DNA of 64,000 nucleotides from Candidatus Pacebacteria bacterium CG10_big_fil_rev_8_21_14_0_10_44_54 (GCA_002772695.1 PFDI01000006.1:1214-65213); one strand, 5' to 3'; positions 28,896 to 38,735 are shown, counted from the stretch's first letter. A program made the numbers and translations. Notes: generated by a model not told the origin, from the sequence alone.

Positions 28896-29598
28896 TGTGT
28901 GCCTCAATAATGTACCTCCCAACTTGTTTTGGATGCGTAAACGGCACGCCGTGTCGAGCATTGGGAATCAGTCGCAATCTTGCGGTTGGAATGCCTTGTT
29001 GTAAACGAGCGACAAACTCTAGAGGTGTAGTCTCGTCATTTGCTCCCCAAATAATAGTTGTGTCAGCAGTAATACTGGGCAAAAGCACGTCTACCTCATG
29101 CTCTAACACGCGCCGCATTGACTCTCTCATAATTGGATTGGCCTTGAGATAGTCTTGCTCTCCTGCCAATCGATAAATAACTCGACGAAGCAGATTGGAA
29201 GTAGTGAGTTTTTTGCCAAATTTTGCCAGGTAGTAAAAAAAATTTCGCTTAAGCCAAGATGTCAGGCTCTGTGAGCGCATACCAGCACTCGCAATAAGTA
29301 CTAACTTTTCTACCTGACTTGGGAAACGGGCGGCGTATGTAACTGCCAAATGCCCTCCAAACGAGTGACCAACCAACGTTATTTTTTTCTTTCCAACAAA
29401 TTGTCTTGCCAGCCATGCAACATATTCATCTACTCCCCAGGATTCAGTGAGCGGAAACTCAAATCCGGGCAGTCTGAGAACACTCCCTTTGATACCTACA
29501 TTTTGTAGCTGTTGTTTGATTGGCTGCCACTTTGCGCTTGGACTCGAATCTCTTGACCAACCGTGAAGAATGATGACCTCCGATGTTGTGTTCTCCAT
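28888..29598 (-). CDS. Alpha/beta hydrolase
   Basis: LHGW, LPGF, GHSFGG, WG..D..TP, ARHG; start MENTT sits 6 nt after TATAAT. Confidence 0.88.
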   Translation of the reverse strand: MENTTSEVIILHGWSRDSSPSAKWQPIKQQLQNVGIKGSVLRLPGFEFPLTESWGVDEYVAWLARQFVGKKKITLVGHSFGGHLAVTYAARFPSQVEKLVLIASAGMRSQSLTSWLKRNFFYYLAKFGKKLTTSNLLRRVIYRLAGEQDYLKANPIMRESMRRVLEHEVDVLLPSITADTTIIWGANDETTPLEFVARLQQGIPTARLRLIPNARHGVPFTHPKQVGRYIIEAHNG

Positions 29599-29669
29599 AA
29601 GCTCATTATACGCACCTCTGGCGAAAAAACGCACCTTGTCTCAATGTCTAGATTTCGTATACTAGCCAA

Positions 29670-30344
29670 ATGCGTACACTTACTTTGCTCACCCTCGCAA
29701 GCTTCGCTCTCATCATTTCTGCCTGCACACCGCCAACCACCACTTCACCTCTCAAACTCAACTCAGCCGCAAGCCAAACAGCTACAAATACTACTAGTAC
29801 TAATCAAGGTCAGCCACCACTTGCAGATCAAAAGGACACTATGTCGCCAAATGGAAAATCAGAAAAAACCCTGGCAGATTTCGGTGAAATCGCCGGTAAA
29901 ACAGTTACGCTCACGACTACCAAAGGGCCCGTGGTAATCGAGCTCTATCGAGAAGAAGCGCCGCTCACTACAGCAAATTTTCTCTCGCTCGTCAATACTG
30001 GCTTCTATGATGGCATCGTTTTCCACCGAGTGATTGCAGATTTTATGGCACAAGTGGGCGATCCGTTGACCAAAGATCCAAACCAACAAGCAATGTGGGG
30101 TACTGGGGGACCTGGTTACATCATCGCTGACGAATTTGCACCAGGACTCTCGCACAATAGTCCCGGTGTTGTTTCTATGGCAAACTCTGGACCAAACACT
30201 GGTGGTAGTCAGTTTTTCATTACCTACGGACCAACGGAGTGGCTCGATGGCAAACACGCCATTTTTGGTAAAGTCACTCAAGGAATGGACGTCGTTGAAC
30301 AAATTACCGTTGGTGATTTGATTGTGTCGATTCAGGTGGAGTAA
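29670..30344 (+). CDS. Cyclophilin-type peptidyl-prolyl isomerase, lipoprotein
   Basis: Lipobox IISAC; FYDG..FHRVI..FM.Q.GDP, SMANSGPNTGGSQFFIT, WLDGKH..FG. Confidence 0.95.
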   Translation: MRTLTLLTLASFALIISACTPPTTTSPLKLNSAASQTATNTTSTNQGQPPLADQKDTMSPNGKSEKTLADFGEIAGKTVTLTTTKGPVVIELYREEAPLTTANFLSLVNTGFYDGIVFHRVIADFMAQVGDPLTKDPNQQAMWGTGGPGYIIADEFAPGLSHNSPGVVSMANSGPNTGGSQFFITYGPTEWLDGKHAIFGKVTQGMDVVEQITVGDLIVSIQVE

Positions 30345-30348
30345 GGCA

Positions 30349-31938
30349 TTGCAAGCAAGTACAAAAAATAAAATCCTTCGATTTTTTTTGTACAGTATTT
30401 GTTTGCTCTCCCTGTTTCTTTCGTTCGGCATCCTAGCTACAGCCAACGCCTATCATTTGTTGATAACAGGCAATTACAAACAATCACATAAAAGTGCGGC
30501 GTTTGCACTGCCAGTTGCAAGACTGACAAACAAGACTTGGGTGAGTGGATTGCAAACACTCATTGCCACAGGCAATACGCTGCTTGAACTCGAAAGGCTA
30601 CAGCAGGATGTTAATACTGGCGTTCCTCCAAATATCTCCGGACTCGTTCAAAATTTGCGTCAGGCAGAAATCAACTTAGAACATGCTTCGCAAAATATCA
30701 AAAACTCCAGCCTGCTCTCCCTCATTTTTTCTGACAAACGTGAGCGGATCGAAGAAATTACCAACACACTCAAACACATGCTGCCACTAGCAGAATACTT
30801 CATACAAGATGAAAAAAATCTACTGGTACTACTACAAAACTCGGATGAACTGCGCGCGACGGGCGGCTTCATGGGCTCATATGCAGTACTCCGTTTTGAC
30901 TCAGGTGTACTGCAAGAAATTGTGGTGGAAGATATCTATGACGCTGATGGACAGGTACTAGAATACTTCGAGCCACCCAAAGGAGTTGGTGAGTTCTTGA
31001 GCGGCGGCAATGGCTGGCGACTACCTGATGCCAACTGGCACCCTGACTTCGCCCAGAGCTCACGAGACACGCTGCGGTTTTTTGCCTTGGCAGGTCACGG
31101 CAGTATTGATGGAGTCATTGCGATCAATTTGCCGGTCGTGCAGTCACTTCTTGCTATCACTGGTCCTATCCTGCTACCCGATCAAGATCTTGTTTTAAGT
31201 GCTGAAAATATTAGCCAAGCACTAAGAACTGACAGAGAGTCATTTTTTGCTGGTAGCACTGCCAAAAAAAATACTATGATTCAAGCAATTACCCAACTAA
31301 AACTTTCTATTGCTGCCCTAGAAGGTCGCGGAAAAATGCAAGTACTTGAGCAACTCAGACAACAAACCAAAAAAGGAAATGTTCTGGTATATTTTCCAAA
31401 CCCAGAGCTCGAAAAGCATGTCGCGCAACTAGGTATTTCGGGTAGTCTTGGACCGAGTAATATAGATGCACACAGTCTCTATTATTATCCAGTAGAATCA
31501 AATGTTGGCATCAATAAAGTCAATGCCTTTGTCATGCGTGAGTACGTTATGACAACCGCAGATACCATCACTGAACTTGGCATCACTCTACACAATACCA
31601 GTAGCCAAGATGGCTACGTCAATTATCAGCGGCTTCTGTTTGCCCCAGGACAACGTGTAGAAGAAATAGTCGTGAACGGTGAACAAATTTTACAATTTGA
31701 TCGTGAGCAAGTCGCGAGTAGTACTGGCCAGCACTACGACCAAATTGGATTTCTCGTCACGACCCTGCCGAACAACACGACGCGCGTTGCTATTTCTCTT
31801 TCGCATGATTCCGGATTCACTCGTGTAATATTTCAAAAACAACCTGGTACGAATGATACAACCCTCACTAGCATCACTCCGGATACTGCTACAACTCACC
31901 AGTTGAACCAATCCTTTCTCGAGTACGTGATAGAATGA
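30349..31938 (+). CDS. DUF4012 domain protein
   Basis: [36 protein letters not shown] motifs; TTG start after GGAG (ORF track starts at 30322). Confidence 0.8.
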   Translation: MQASTKNKILRFFLYSICLLSLFLSFGILATANAYHLLITGNYKQSHKSAAFALPVARLTNKTWVSGLQTLIATGNTLLELERLQQDVNTGVPPNISGLVQNLRQAEINLEHASQNIKNSSLLSLIFSDKRERIEEITNTLKHMLPLAEYFIQDEKNLLVLLQNSDELRATGGFMGSYAVLRFDSGVLQEIVVEDIYDADGQVLEYFEPPKGVGEFLSGGNGWRLPDANWHPDFAQSSRDTLRFFALAGHGSIDGVIAINLPVVQSLLAITGPILLPDQDLVLSAENISQALRTDRESFFAGSTAKKNTMIQAITQLKLSIAALEGRGKMQVLEQLRQQTKKGNVLVYFPNPELEKHVAQLGISGSLGPSNIDAHSLYYYPVESNVGINKVNAFVMREYVMTTADTITELGITLHNTSSQDGYVNYQRLLFAPGQRVEEIVVNGEQILQFDREQVASSTGQHYDQIGFLVTTLPNNTTRVAISLSHDSGFTRVIFQKQPGTNDTTLTSITPDTATTHQLNQSFLEYVIE

Positions 31939-33041
31939 CCGCTATGCCAGACCCAATAGAAACTACTATAGAAAAGGCTCGATCACTACTGGCCGAGCTT
32001 GACTTGCCTTACATTGCGGCAGCACACAAAGCGGTAGAAAACAAATCGCTCGCACCAGATTTTTGGCAACAGGAAAATGCCCAAGAAATCATGAACGAAC
32101 TCTCGCTTCTGCAAGAACAACTCAATGTAGCCACTGCTCTCGGGAACGCCATAGAAGATATGGACCTACTTCAAACTTTGTTAGCTTCAACAACCGAAGG
32201 AAGTGGTGATTTTCTTGAAGTTGAACAGCAACAAAAAGAAAGTCATAAAAAACTAGAAAAGCTCGTCCACAAAGTCAGACTCCAGAAGTATCTCAGTGGT
32301 CCGTATGATAGCTTTGGCGCACTGCTCTCGGTGCATTCTGGACAAGGGGGGACTGAAGCCATGGATTGGGCAGATATGTTACGTCGCATGTATGTCCGCT
32401 ACTTTGAGCGTAAAAACTGGAAATACAACTTGGTCAGCGAGTCACGCGGTGAAGAAGCTGGCATCAAAAGCGTCGAGTATGAAGTACACGGCCCTTACAT
32501 CTATGGCTACCTCAAACGAGAACGTGGCACACATCGACTCGTTCGTCAAAGTCCATTTAATGCGGATAGTTTGCGCCAAACTTCATTTGCGCTCGTATCA
32601 GTACTTCCCATCATTCCTGCTAGTGAAAAATCAATTGTCATCGATGAAAAAGATCTTGAGTGGCAATTCTCGCGTGCTGGTGGCGCAGGTGGGCAAAATG
32701 TAAATAAAGTAAATACTGCGGTAGAACTAACACATAAGCCAAGCGGTATTTCCATACGCTGCAGAGAAGAGCGCACGCAGGTGCAAAACAAAGATCGTGC
32801 TCTGCAGAAACTACGTGCTGAGTTGGCCTTTCGCCAAGAAACTACAAGAGACGAAACGCTGGCCAAAGAAAAAGGTGCTCACACGCACGCCAGTTGGGGT
32901 AACCAAATTCGCAATTATGTCTTGCACCCCTACAAACAAATAAAAGACGTGCGGACAGAAGTTGTAAGAACAGACACCCAGGTTGTCTTGGATGGCGACT
33001 TAGATGAGTTTGTAGAGGCACAGTTGTGTCTGTTATACTAA
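31935..33041 (+). CDS. prfB: Peptide chain release factor 2, no programmed frameshift; alternative start at 31944
   Basis: SPF anticodon mimic, [19 protein letters not shown]. Confidence 0.96.
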   Translation: MTAMPDPIETTIEKARSLLAELDLPYIAAAHKAVENKSLAPDFWQQENAQEIMNELSLLQEQLNVATALGNAIEDMDLLQTLLASTTEGSGDFLEVEQQQKESHKKLEKLVHKVRLQKYLSGPYDSFGALLSVHSGQGGTEAMDWADMLRRMYVRYFERKNWKYNLVSESRGEEAGIKSVEYEVHGPYIYGYLKRERGTHRLVRQSPFNADSLRQTSFALVSVLPIIPASEKSIVIDEKDLEWQFSRAGGAGGQNVNKVNTAVELTHKPSGISIRCREERTQVQNKDRALQKLRAELAFRQETTRDETLAKEKGAHTHASWGNQIRNYVLHPYKQIKDVRTEVVRTDTQVVLDGDLDEFVEAQLCLLY

Positions 33042-33059
33042 ATTTCTACTACCAAAATT

Positions 33060-33644
33060 ATGCATAAACTTGATCTTTCTGCACCACAAATCCCAAGTGA
33101 AGAGCCACAAACTGCTCCAGAACCAATGAAAACTGCGGTTGACGCACTGCCAGTCGAGAGCAATAATCAGACTCTCAAACGAGAGCTCCCTATGAAAAAA
33201 AGAAACATGATCCTTGGGTTTTATATTGCTGCTATTTTGGCTGGAATTGCCACTGGCTACGGCAGCTTTCAGCTCTATGCTGGCTCTAGCGACAGTAGTA
33301 CAACCAAATCAAACGACACGATGGTTGTCTCAAAAGTGGCTGGTGACAACGTCAAGAATGGTGACGTGTTTGGGAGTACTGATGCGAACGCATTTGAAGA
33401 CAGCGCAACTGGATTTTTGGAAGCAGGTGGCATCAACGGTGAAGGCTCTCATAAACTACTTCGTCCAGGCGGAGTGTCTCAAACCGTATACTTGACTTCA
33501 TCTGTAACTGATCTAGACAAACTGGTTGGAATGGAAGTGACCGTCTGGGGCGAGACCTTCAAAGCACAAAAGGCAGGTTGGCTTATGGACGTTGGGAGAG
33601 TTGAGGTGGTCGAGGTTGACGGCACTGCCCCCACAGAAAAATAA
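33060..33644 (+). CDS. Hypothetical single-TM protein with a small extracytoplasmic beta domain
   Basis: Disordered N-terminus, one TM, C-terminal beta-rich domain. Confidence 0.7.
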   Translation: MHKLDLSAPQIPSEEPQTAPEPMKTAVDALPVESNNQTLKRELPMKKRNMILGFYIAAILAGIATGYGSFQLYAGSSDSSTTKSNDTMVVSKVAGDNVKNGDVFGSTDANAFEDSATGFLEAGGINGEGSHKLLRPGGVSQTVYLTSSVTDLDKLVGMEVTVWGETFKAQKAGWLMDVGRVEVVEVDGTAPTEK

Positions 33645-33707
33645 TTGCCTTGTACACAAGCACCTGGTTGCCAAGTTCCGTCGTGTTGACTACACTAGGT
33701 GTTGCCT

Positions 33708-34640
33708 ATGATTCGCTTTCAAGACGTCTCCAAAGAATTTTCTGCTAATAATTTTGCAATCAAAGAAGTTTCGTTTTCAGTTGAGCCAGGTGAATTTGTA
33801 TATATTACTGGTGCATCTGGTAGCGGCAAGACCACGCTCATGCGCCTCATCATTCGTGAATATACTCCTACCTCAGGCCAAATTTCGCTCTTTGGCGATG
33901 CATTGACGTCAATTTCTTCAAAAAAAATTACTGATCTGCGGCGCAAAATTGGTGTTGTTTTTCAAGACTACAAATTGTTACCTGAACTCAATGTCTGGGA
34001 AAATATTGCACTGCCACTAGAGATAGTAAATCAACCACAAGCAGAAATTGAAAATCGCGTAACCGACTTACTTAAGTTGATTGACCTACTCGATAAACCA
34101 TACCTTTTTCCAAGCCAGCTATCGGGTGGCGAAGCACAGCGAGTTGGCATTGCTCGGGCACTAGCGCTTGGACCTGACCTCATTTTTGCTGACGAACCAA
34201 CAGGAAATCTCGATGTCAATAATGCTCGATCCATAGTAGAGCTACTGCAAAAGATCAACAAGTTGGGCACGACTATTCTTTTTGCCACACATAACCTCGA
34301 TCTTACCAAGAATGATTCTGCCCGCATTCTGAAACTAGCCAATGGCAATTTGGTTAACGATTCAAAACCACCGGTCAAAAAAGAAGCTCCCAAACCAAAT
34401 GAGCTTGTAAAGGCTTCAGAGCCCCCAAAAAAGAAAGAGGTCGAAAAGCAAAAACTAGAAAAAAAACCAAGTCTGCTCTCTCGTTTTTTTTCCAAGGAGA
34501 AAAAGAAAAAAGAAGTGGAACATCCCAAAGAAAAAATTGAAACTCCCAAGATAACTTCAAAAGAAAAAAAGATTGGAACAAATCAAAAGAAAAAAACAAA
34601 AAAAGAACGAGTGATAGTATCAGAGGAAAATCTGGAGTAA
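33708..34640 (+). CDS. ftsE: Cell division ATPase FtsE with a Lys-rich C-terminal tail
   Basis: GASGSGKTT, RRKIGVVFQDYKLL, LSGGEAQR, ADEPTGNLD; directly upstream of ftsX. Confidence 0.92.
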   Translation: MIRFQDVSKEFSANNFAIKEVSFSVEPGEFVYITGASGSGKTTLMRLIIREYTPTSGQISLFGDALTSISSKKITDLRRKIGVVFQDYKLLPELNVWENIALPLEIVNQPQAEIENRVTDLLKLIDLLDKPYLFPSQLSGGEAQRVGIARALALGPDLIFADEPTGNLDVNNARSIVELLQKINKLGTTILFATHNLDLTKNDSARILKLANGNLVNDSKPPVKKEAPKPNELVKASEPPKKKEVEKQKLEKKPSLLSRFFSKEKKKKEVEHPKEKIETPKITSKEKKIGTNQKKKTKKERVIVSEENLE

Positions 34641-34642
34641 GC

Positions 34643-35515
34643 ATGCAACCATTTACTTATGCTCTCACCACCATGCGCCGAACTCCCTATCAGTCACTCG
34701 CCGCGCTCTTGATGGTGTCAGTAACATTTTTTGTGGCATATCGTCTCTCATTTATCCTCTCAGGTGCTCACCTGGTGCTATCTCATTTTGAGACATCACC
34801 ACAAGTAATTGCCTTTTTCAAACTTGATACTGACAAACCAGCAATGGAATCCCTCGCAGCGTCTCTATCCAAGACTACTTCGGTCAGTGAGGTGCGACTT
34901 ATAACCCAAGATCAGGCACTCAAAGACTATGCCAAAGAGTACGATGACTCGCCACTATTACTTGAACTCGTAACTGCAGATATTTTGCCTGCTAGTATCG
35001 AGGTTTCAGCAACTAGTGTCGATACGTTGACAACTGTAGCCGAAAATCTTAGAAAAGAACAAATTATTGATGATGTCGTGTTTCAACAGGATATTGTCGA
35101 ACAGCTCAGCAGCTGGACTCAAGCATTACGAATAGCCGGCTTGGTTGACGTTGGCATTTTAAGCATCGCTTCATTTCTTACTATTAGCATCATTATCACA
35201 CTCAAGGCTGCAAATAAAAAATACTCAGTCACAATCATGCGACTGATTGGTGCCTCAAACTGGTACATCAACAAACCATTTATTGTCGAAGGCATACTCT
35301 ACGGTGTACTGGGAGCACTGCTCGGGTGGATAGCCATCACTGCTATTCTCCTGTATCTTACCCCCACACTTTCCTCTTTTTTCTCTGGTATTTTAGAGTT
35401 TCCTGTTCCACTCGAGTTCTTACTGATGCAACTGGGTGTTGGACTTTTGGTTGGAGCAATACTTGGTGGTCTCGCAAGCTTCTTGGCTACCAATCGCTTT
35501 GCCCAACGTGCCTAG
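34643..35515 (+). CDS. ftsX: Cell division permease FtsX
   Basis: TM, large loop (LPASIEV), IMRLIGAS.WYI..PF..EG, three further TMs. Confidence 0.92.
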   Translation: MQPFTYALTTMRRTPYQSLAALLMVSVTFFVAYRLSFILSGAHLVLSHFETSPQVIAFFKLDTDKPAMESLAASLSKTTSVSEVRLITQDQALKDYAKEYDDSPLLLELVTADILPASIEVSATSVDTLTTVAENLRKEQIIDDVVFQQDIVEQLSSWTQALRIAGLVDVGILSIASFLTISIIITLKAANKKYSVTIMRLIGASNWYINKPFIVEGILYGVLGALLGWIAITAILLYLTPTLSSFFSGILEFPVPLEFLLMQLGVGLLVGAILGGLASFLATNRFAQRA

Positions 35516-35525
35516 TCACTCTGTT

Positions 35526-36701
35526 ATGAAATTGCTTATTACATTCTTGTTTCTTTGGTTTGGTTTTGCTCCGCATCCAGTGCATGCGCTTGAGTGTGAA
35601 ATTGTCTGTAACGATACTACTGATGTAGATTGTCTCAAAGACAAGCAAGCTTGTCTCGAATCAAAACTTGATGAAACGAAAGAACAACGAATTACACTTA
35701 CTAATACTGTTAGTATCATTAACGGAAAAATCCAAATCCAGGAAGTCTTGATTCAACAAACAGAAGCAGAGATTGCCTTACTTGAAAAACAAATTGTCGA
35801 TTTGAGCCAAAGAATTGGTGGCCTCAATCTCTCGCTTGATCGACTTACCACGCTCTTGGTAGAGCGTATCCAGACAGAATACAAGCAATCTCGTGTCAAT
35901 AAAAATCTTTTTGTCCTAAATAAAAAATCTGCTACTTCGTTTTTTTCTCAACTGAGATACCTCAAGGAGGCTCGGCTACAAACCGCGCTCGCCATGCAAC
36001 GAGCAGAAGCCCAGCGCCTTGCATTTGATCAGCAGAAAATAACCAAGGAAGAAAAACAGCAGGAGGTTGAAAAAGTTCAGTCTCGACTCGAGCGAGAACA
36101 ATCTGTTTTGGCAAAGCAACGAAGCGAGCAACAATACCTACTCAGCGAAACAAAAAGTAATGAAGCTGCCTATCAAGCAGCTCTTGCCAAAACACTCGCT
36201 GAACTCTCAGCCATTCAATCAATTATTGCGGGCAAAGGCGTAGAATCACAAGTAGGTCCAGTAAATACGGGAGACACAATTGCCAGCATCATACTCGGTT
36301 CGAGTGTTTGTTCTACTGGCTCACATCTGCATTTTGAGGTGGCCAAAAACGGAGTGACACAGGATCCCGCAGCATATCTAAAATCAATTTCTCCTATCTG
36401 GAATAATCAGCCAGATAGCCCATTTGGTTTTGGTGGTAGTTGGGATTGGCCCATGTTTGATGCTGCAAGAATCAATCAAGGTTTCGGCATGACCTACTAT
36501 GCTCGAGTACATCGCGCCTATGGCGGCGAACCACATACCGGTATTGATATGTCGAGCATATCAAACGACGCTCGAGTTCGCGCTGTACAACCCGGCACCC
36601 TCTATCGCGGGAGCATTGCTTGCGGTGGTGGCAACTTGCGCTACGTGCGTGTTGAGCAAAGCGATAATATCAGCACCTATTACCTGCACGTAAATTACTA
36701 A
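35526..36701 (+). CDS. Secreted coiled-coil protein with a circularly permuted M23 peptidase domain (EnvC/CwlO-like FtsEX partner)
   Basis: Signal peptide MKLLITF..VHA, long coiled coil; STGSHLHFEV precedes WP...HTGID...YLH. Confidence 0.85.
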   Translation: MKLLITFLFLWFGFAPHPVHALECEIVCNDTTDVDCLKDKQACLESKLDETKEQRITLTNTVSIINGKIQIQEVLIQQTEAEIALLEKQIVDLSQRIGGLNLSLDRLTTLLVERIQTEYKQSRVNKNLFVLNKKSATSFFSQLRYLKEARLQTALAMQRAEAQRLAFDQQKITKEEKQQEVEKVQSRLEREQSVLAKQRSEQQYLLSETKSNEAAYQAALAKTLAELSAIQSIIAGKGVESQVGPVNTGDTIASIILGSSVCSTGSHLHFEVAKNGVTQDPAAYLKSISPIWNNQPDSPFGFGGSWDWPMFDAARINQGFGMTYYARVHRAYGGEPHTGIDMSSISNDARVRAVQPGTLYRGSIACGGGNLRYVRVEQSDNISTYYLHVNY

Positions 36702-36745
36702 CATGCTATAACACTTGATGTCATCTATTTTCGTATGCTGAATGG

Positions 36746-37933
36746 GTGAGAATCACTTTGTGCACACTGCTCATCGCGTTTACCTTGCGGTTTGGACTAG
36801 ATACAGCGCATGCCCAAAACATTGTTGTTTCCGAACTTTACCCAGCTCCCAATGCAGGTGAAAATGAGTGGATAGAACTCTACAATGCAGCGTCAAGCGC
36901 TGCAGATCTAACCGATTGGACTGTGTTTGACACACTCAGTACTCCCAGCTTGCTGCACCAATTTACAGATTTTATTTTGCAGCCATACGAAATTTTTATT
37001 CTCAATTTATCAGGCAGCACGCTCAATAACACTGGTGACACTGTTGTCCTAAGTGATCCGGCTGCTACCTATTCAGCTTCACTCTCTTACTCGAGTAGCA
37101 CCAAAGGTCTTTCGTGGCACCAAGATTTGCTGACAGGAGAAGTGTTCGAGTCATCACCTAGCGCAGGTATTGTCGCTACTGCAAGTGCAGTGCAACCTAG
37201 TCCAATACCCATCGCTACTCAAGCAGCTGTCTCGGCCACTCCTGCTGCTGTAGTAATAAAACCAAACGTGCAACTTTCTGAAATCATGGCATGTCCTTAC
37301 TCTGGACAACCAGAGTGGATAGAGCTGCGCAACTTCGGTGAAACTATTTCGCTTGAAAACTGGCTAATTACAGATAGCACCGGAAACACTCGGGAACTCG
37401 CTGGTTTGATAGCAAATGACAGCCGAGTGGTTTTTTCTTGGAGCAACAGTATGCTTAATAACTCAGGAGACTCGCTCCTCATCACGACCAATCTTGGCAC
37501 CGTAGTTGCTGAAGCAAGCTACTCATATTGCAAAAGTGGCTACAGCCTAACTCTGAACAACGACAACTGGGTGCCTTCGCATCCGACGCCAAACGAGGCA
37601 AATAAGCTGTTTGAAGAAAGTGATGGGGAAGATGTAATGGAGGTGAACAAAATTGAAGCCACAAGTGTGCAGTCTACTGCCGCTTCTGCAGATCAAGTCA
37701 AAGATTCTGGACAAGTCCTTGGCACTACAATAACTGCACAGCCAGCCTATCCGTATTCACTAGCAAAAGAAATTATCACAATACAAGCATTGGTGCAGCA
37801 AGATAAACTGACAAAAAATACGACACAGAAATCGCTACCAGCCAAATCAAATGAAACATCACTCGGTGGTATACTAGGAGGCCTGCTTGTAACAATAAGT
37901 AGTCTCTATGCCCGCAAAGATCTCTTCACCTAG
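36746..37933 (+). CDS. Secreted protein with two lamin-tail domains and a C-terminal anchor
   Basis: Two repeats of SE...P....EWIEL.N....L..W...D...LNN.GD. Confidence 0.82.
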   Translation: MRITLCTLLIAFTLRFGLDTAHAQNIVVSELYPAPNAGENEWIELYNAASSAADLTDWTVFDTLSTPSLLHQFTDFILQPYEIFILNLSGSTLNNTGDTVVLSDPAATYSASLSYSSSTKGLSWHQDLLTGEVFESSPSAGIVATASAVQPSPIPIATQAAVSATPAAVVIKPNVQLSEIMACPYSGQPEWIELRNFGETISLENWLITDSTGNTRELAGLIANDSRVVFSWSNSMLNNSGDSLLITTNLGTVVAEASYSYCKSGYSLTLNNDNWVPSHPTPNEANKLFEESDGEDVMEVNKIEATSVQSTAASADQVKDSGQVLGTTITAQPAYPYSLAKEIITIQALVQQDKLTKNTTQKSLPAKSNETSLGGILGGLLVTISSLYARKDLFT

Positions 37934-38300
37934 CCCAAAAGTACCACTTTTTATAAACGCATATCTGCCAGTTCTGCTTTGGGCTACTCTTATTTTCTAT
38001 CTATCTAATCAAGCTATCTTGCCAGGTCTTTATGTAGAAACATACGACTTTATCTTCAAAAAATCAGCTCACATTACCGTGTATGCCATACTCTACTTCC
38101 TCGTATACCGCTCACAAATCCTCGTAGGAGTAACAGGAAATAAGCGTTGGCAAGTACCGTTTCTACTTGTACTTATCTATGCCATTAGTGATGAACTTCA
38201 CCAACAATTGGTACCAGGAAGATTTGGTACCTTGCGTGACGTCGGTTATGATCTACTTGGAGCTTGCCTGGCATTTTTAAAACTATACCGATACATCTAG
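37908..38300 (+). CDS. VanZ family membrane protein
   Basis: KKSAH...YA.L, YAISDELHQ..VPGR....D...D..G. Confidence 0.88.
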   Translation: MPAKISSPSPKVPLFINAYLPVLLWATLIFYLSNQAILPGLYVETYDFIFKKSAHITVYAILYFLVYRSQILVGVTGNKRWQVPFLLVLIYAISDELHQQLVPGRFGTLRDVGYDLLGACLAFLKLYRYI

Positions 38301-38317
38301 CAAATTTGATCTCCCTC

Positions 38318-38345
38318 TTGACTTGCAGTTCGTATACAGTACACT
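38318..38345 (+). promoter_or_regulatory. sigma70 promoter for HU
   Basis: TTGACT-16 nt-TACACT. Confidence 0.55.
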
Positions 38346-38401
38346 TGGATCCACATAGCTGACTGTAAAAATTCACGTGCTGATACGAAAGGATGACAAT
38401 C

Positions 38402-38677
38402 ATGACAAAGTCTCAGCTCATAGCAATTGTCGCCAAAAAAGCTCATCTTACAAAAAAAGCATCCTCTGATGCGATTGAGGCACTACTCGAAGAGGTTACG
38501 CGCTCACTTAAAAAAGGTGAAAAGGTAGTACTCTCGGGTTTTGGTACAATTTATGTTAGTACCGTCAATGACAAACAAGTTGTGCCATTTGGTAATGAAG
38601 ACAAACGACAAACTATCAAATCGCATCGAGTAGTAAACCTCAAGGTAGGCAAACCTCTCAAAAAAGCTGTTTGGTAA
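38402..38677 (+). CDS. hup: DNA-binding protein HU (divergent arm)
   Basis: MTKSQLI..VA......K...L..GEKV.LSGFGT...GK.LK.AV; start could be 38393. Confidence 0.88.
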   Translation: MTKSQLIAIVAKKAHLTKKASSDAIEALLEEVTRSLKKGEKVVLSGFGTIYVSTVNDKQVVPFGNEDKRQTIKSHRVVNLKVGKPLKKAVW

Positions 38678-38698
38678 ACTACACATAGTTGCTTGAGT

Positions 38699-38727
38699 AA
38701 AAAAACACCCTTTTATAAGGGTGTTTT
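38699..38727. terminator. Bidirectional intrinsic terminator
   Basis: A7-CACCCTT-TTAT-AAGGGTG-TTTT hairpin. Confidence 0.7.
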
Positions 38728-38735
38728 AGGAAACT

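Noticed and set aside
29859-30446. 195-aa minus-strand ORF
   Set aside because: Antisense to the conserved cyclophilin
34031-34549. Phe/Ser-rich 172-aa minus-strand ORF that looks like a membrane protein
   Set aside because: Mirror of the Lys/Glu codons in the FtsE tail
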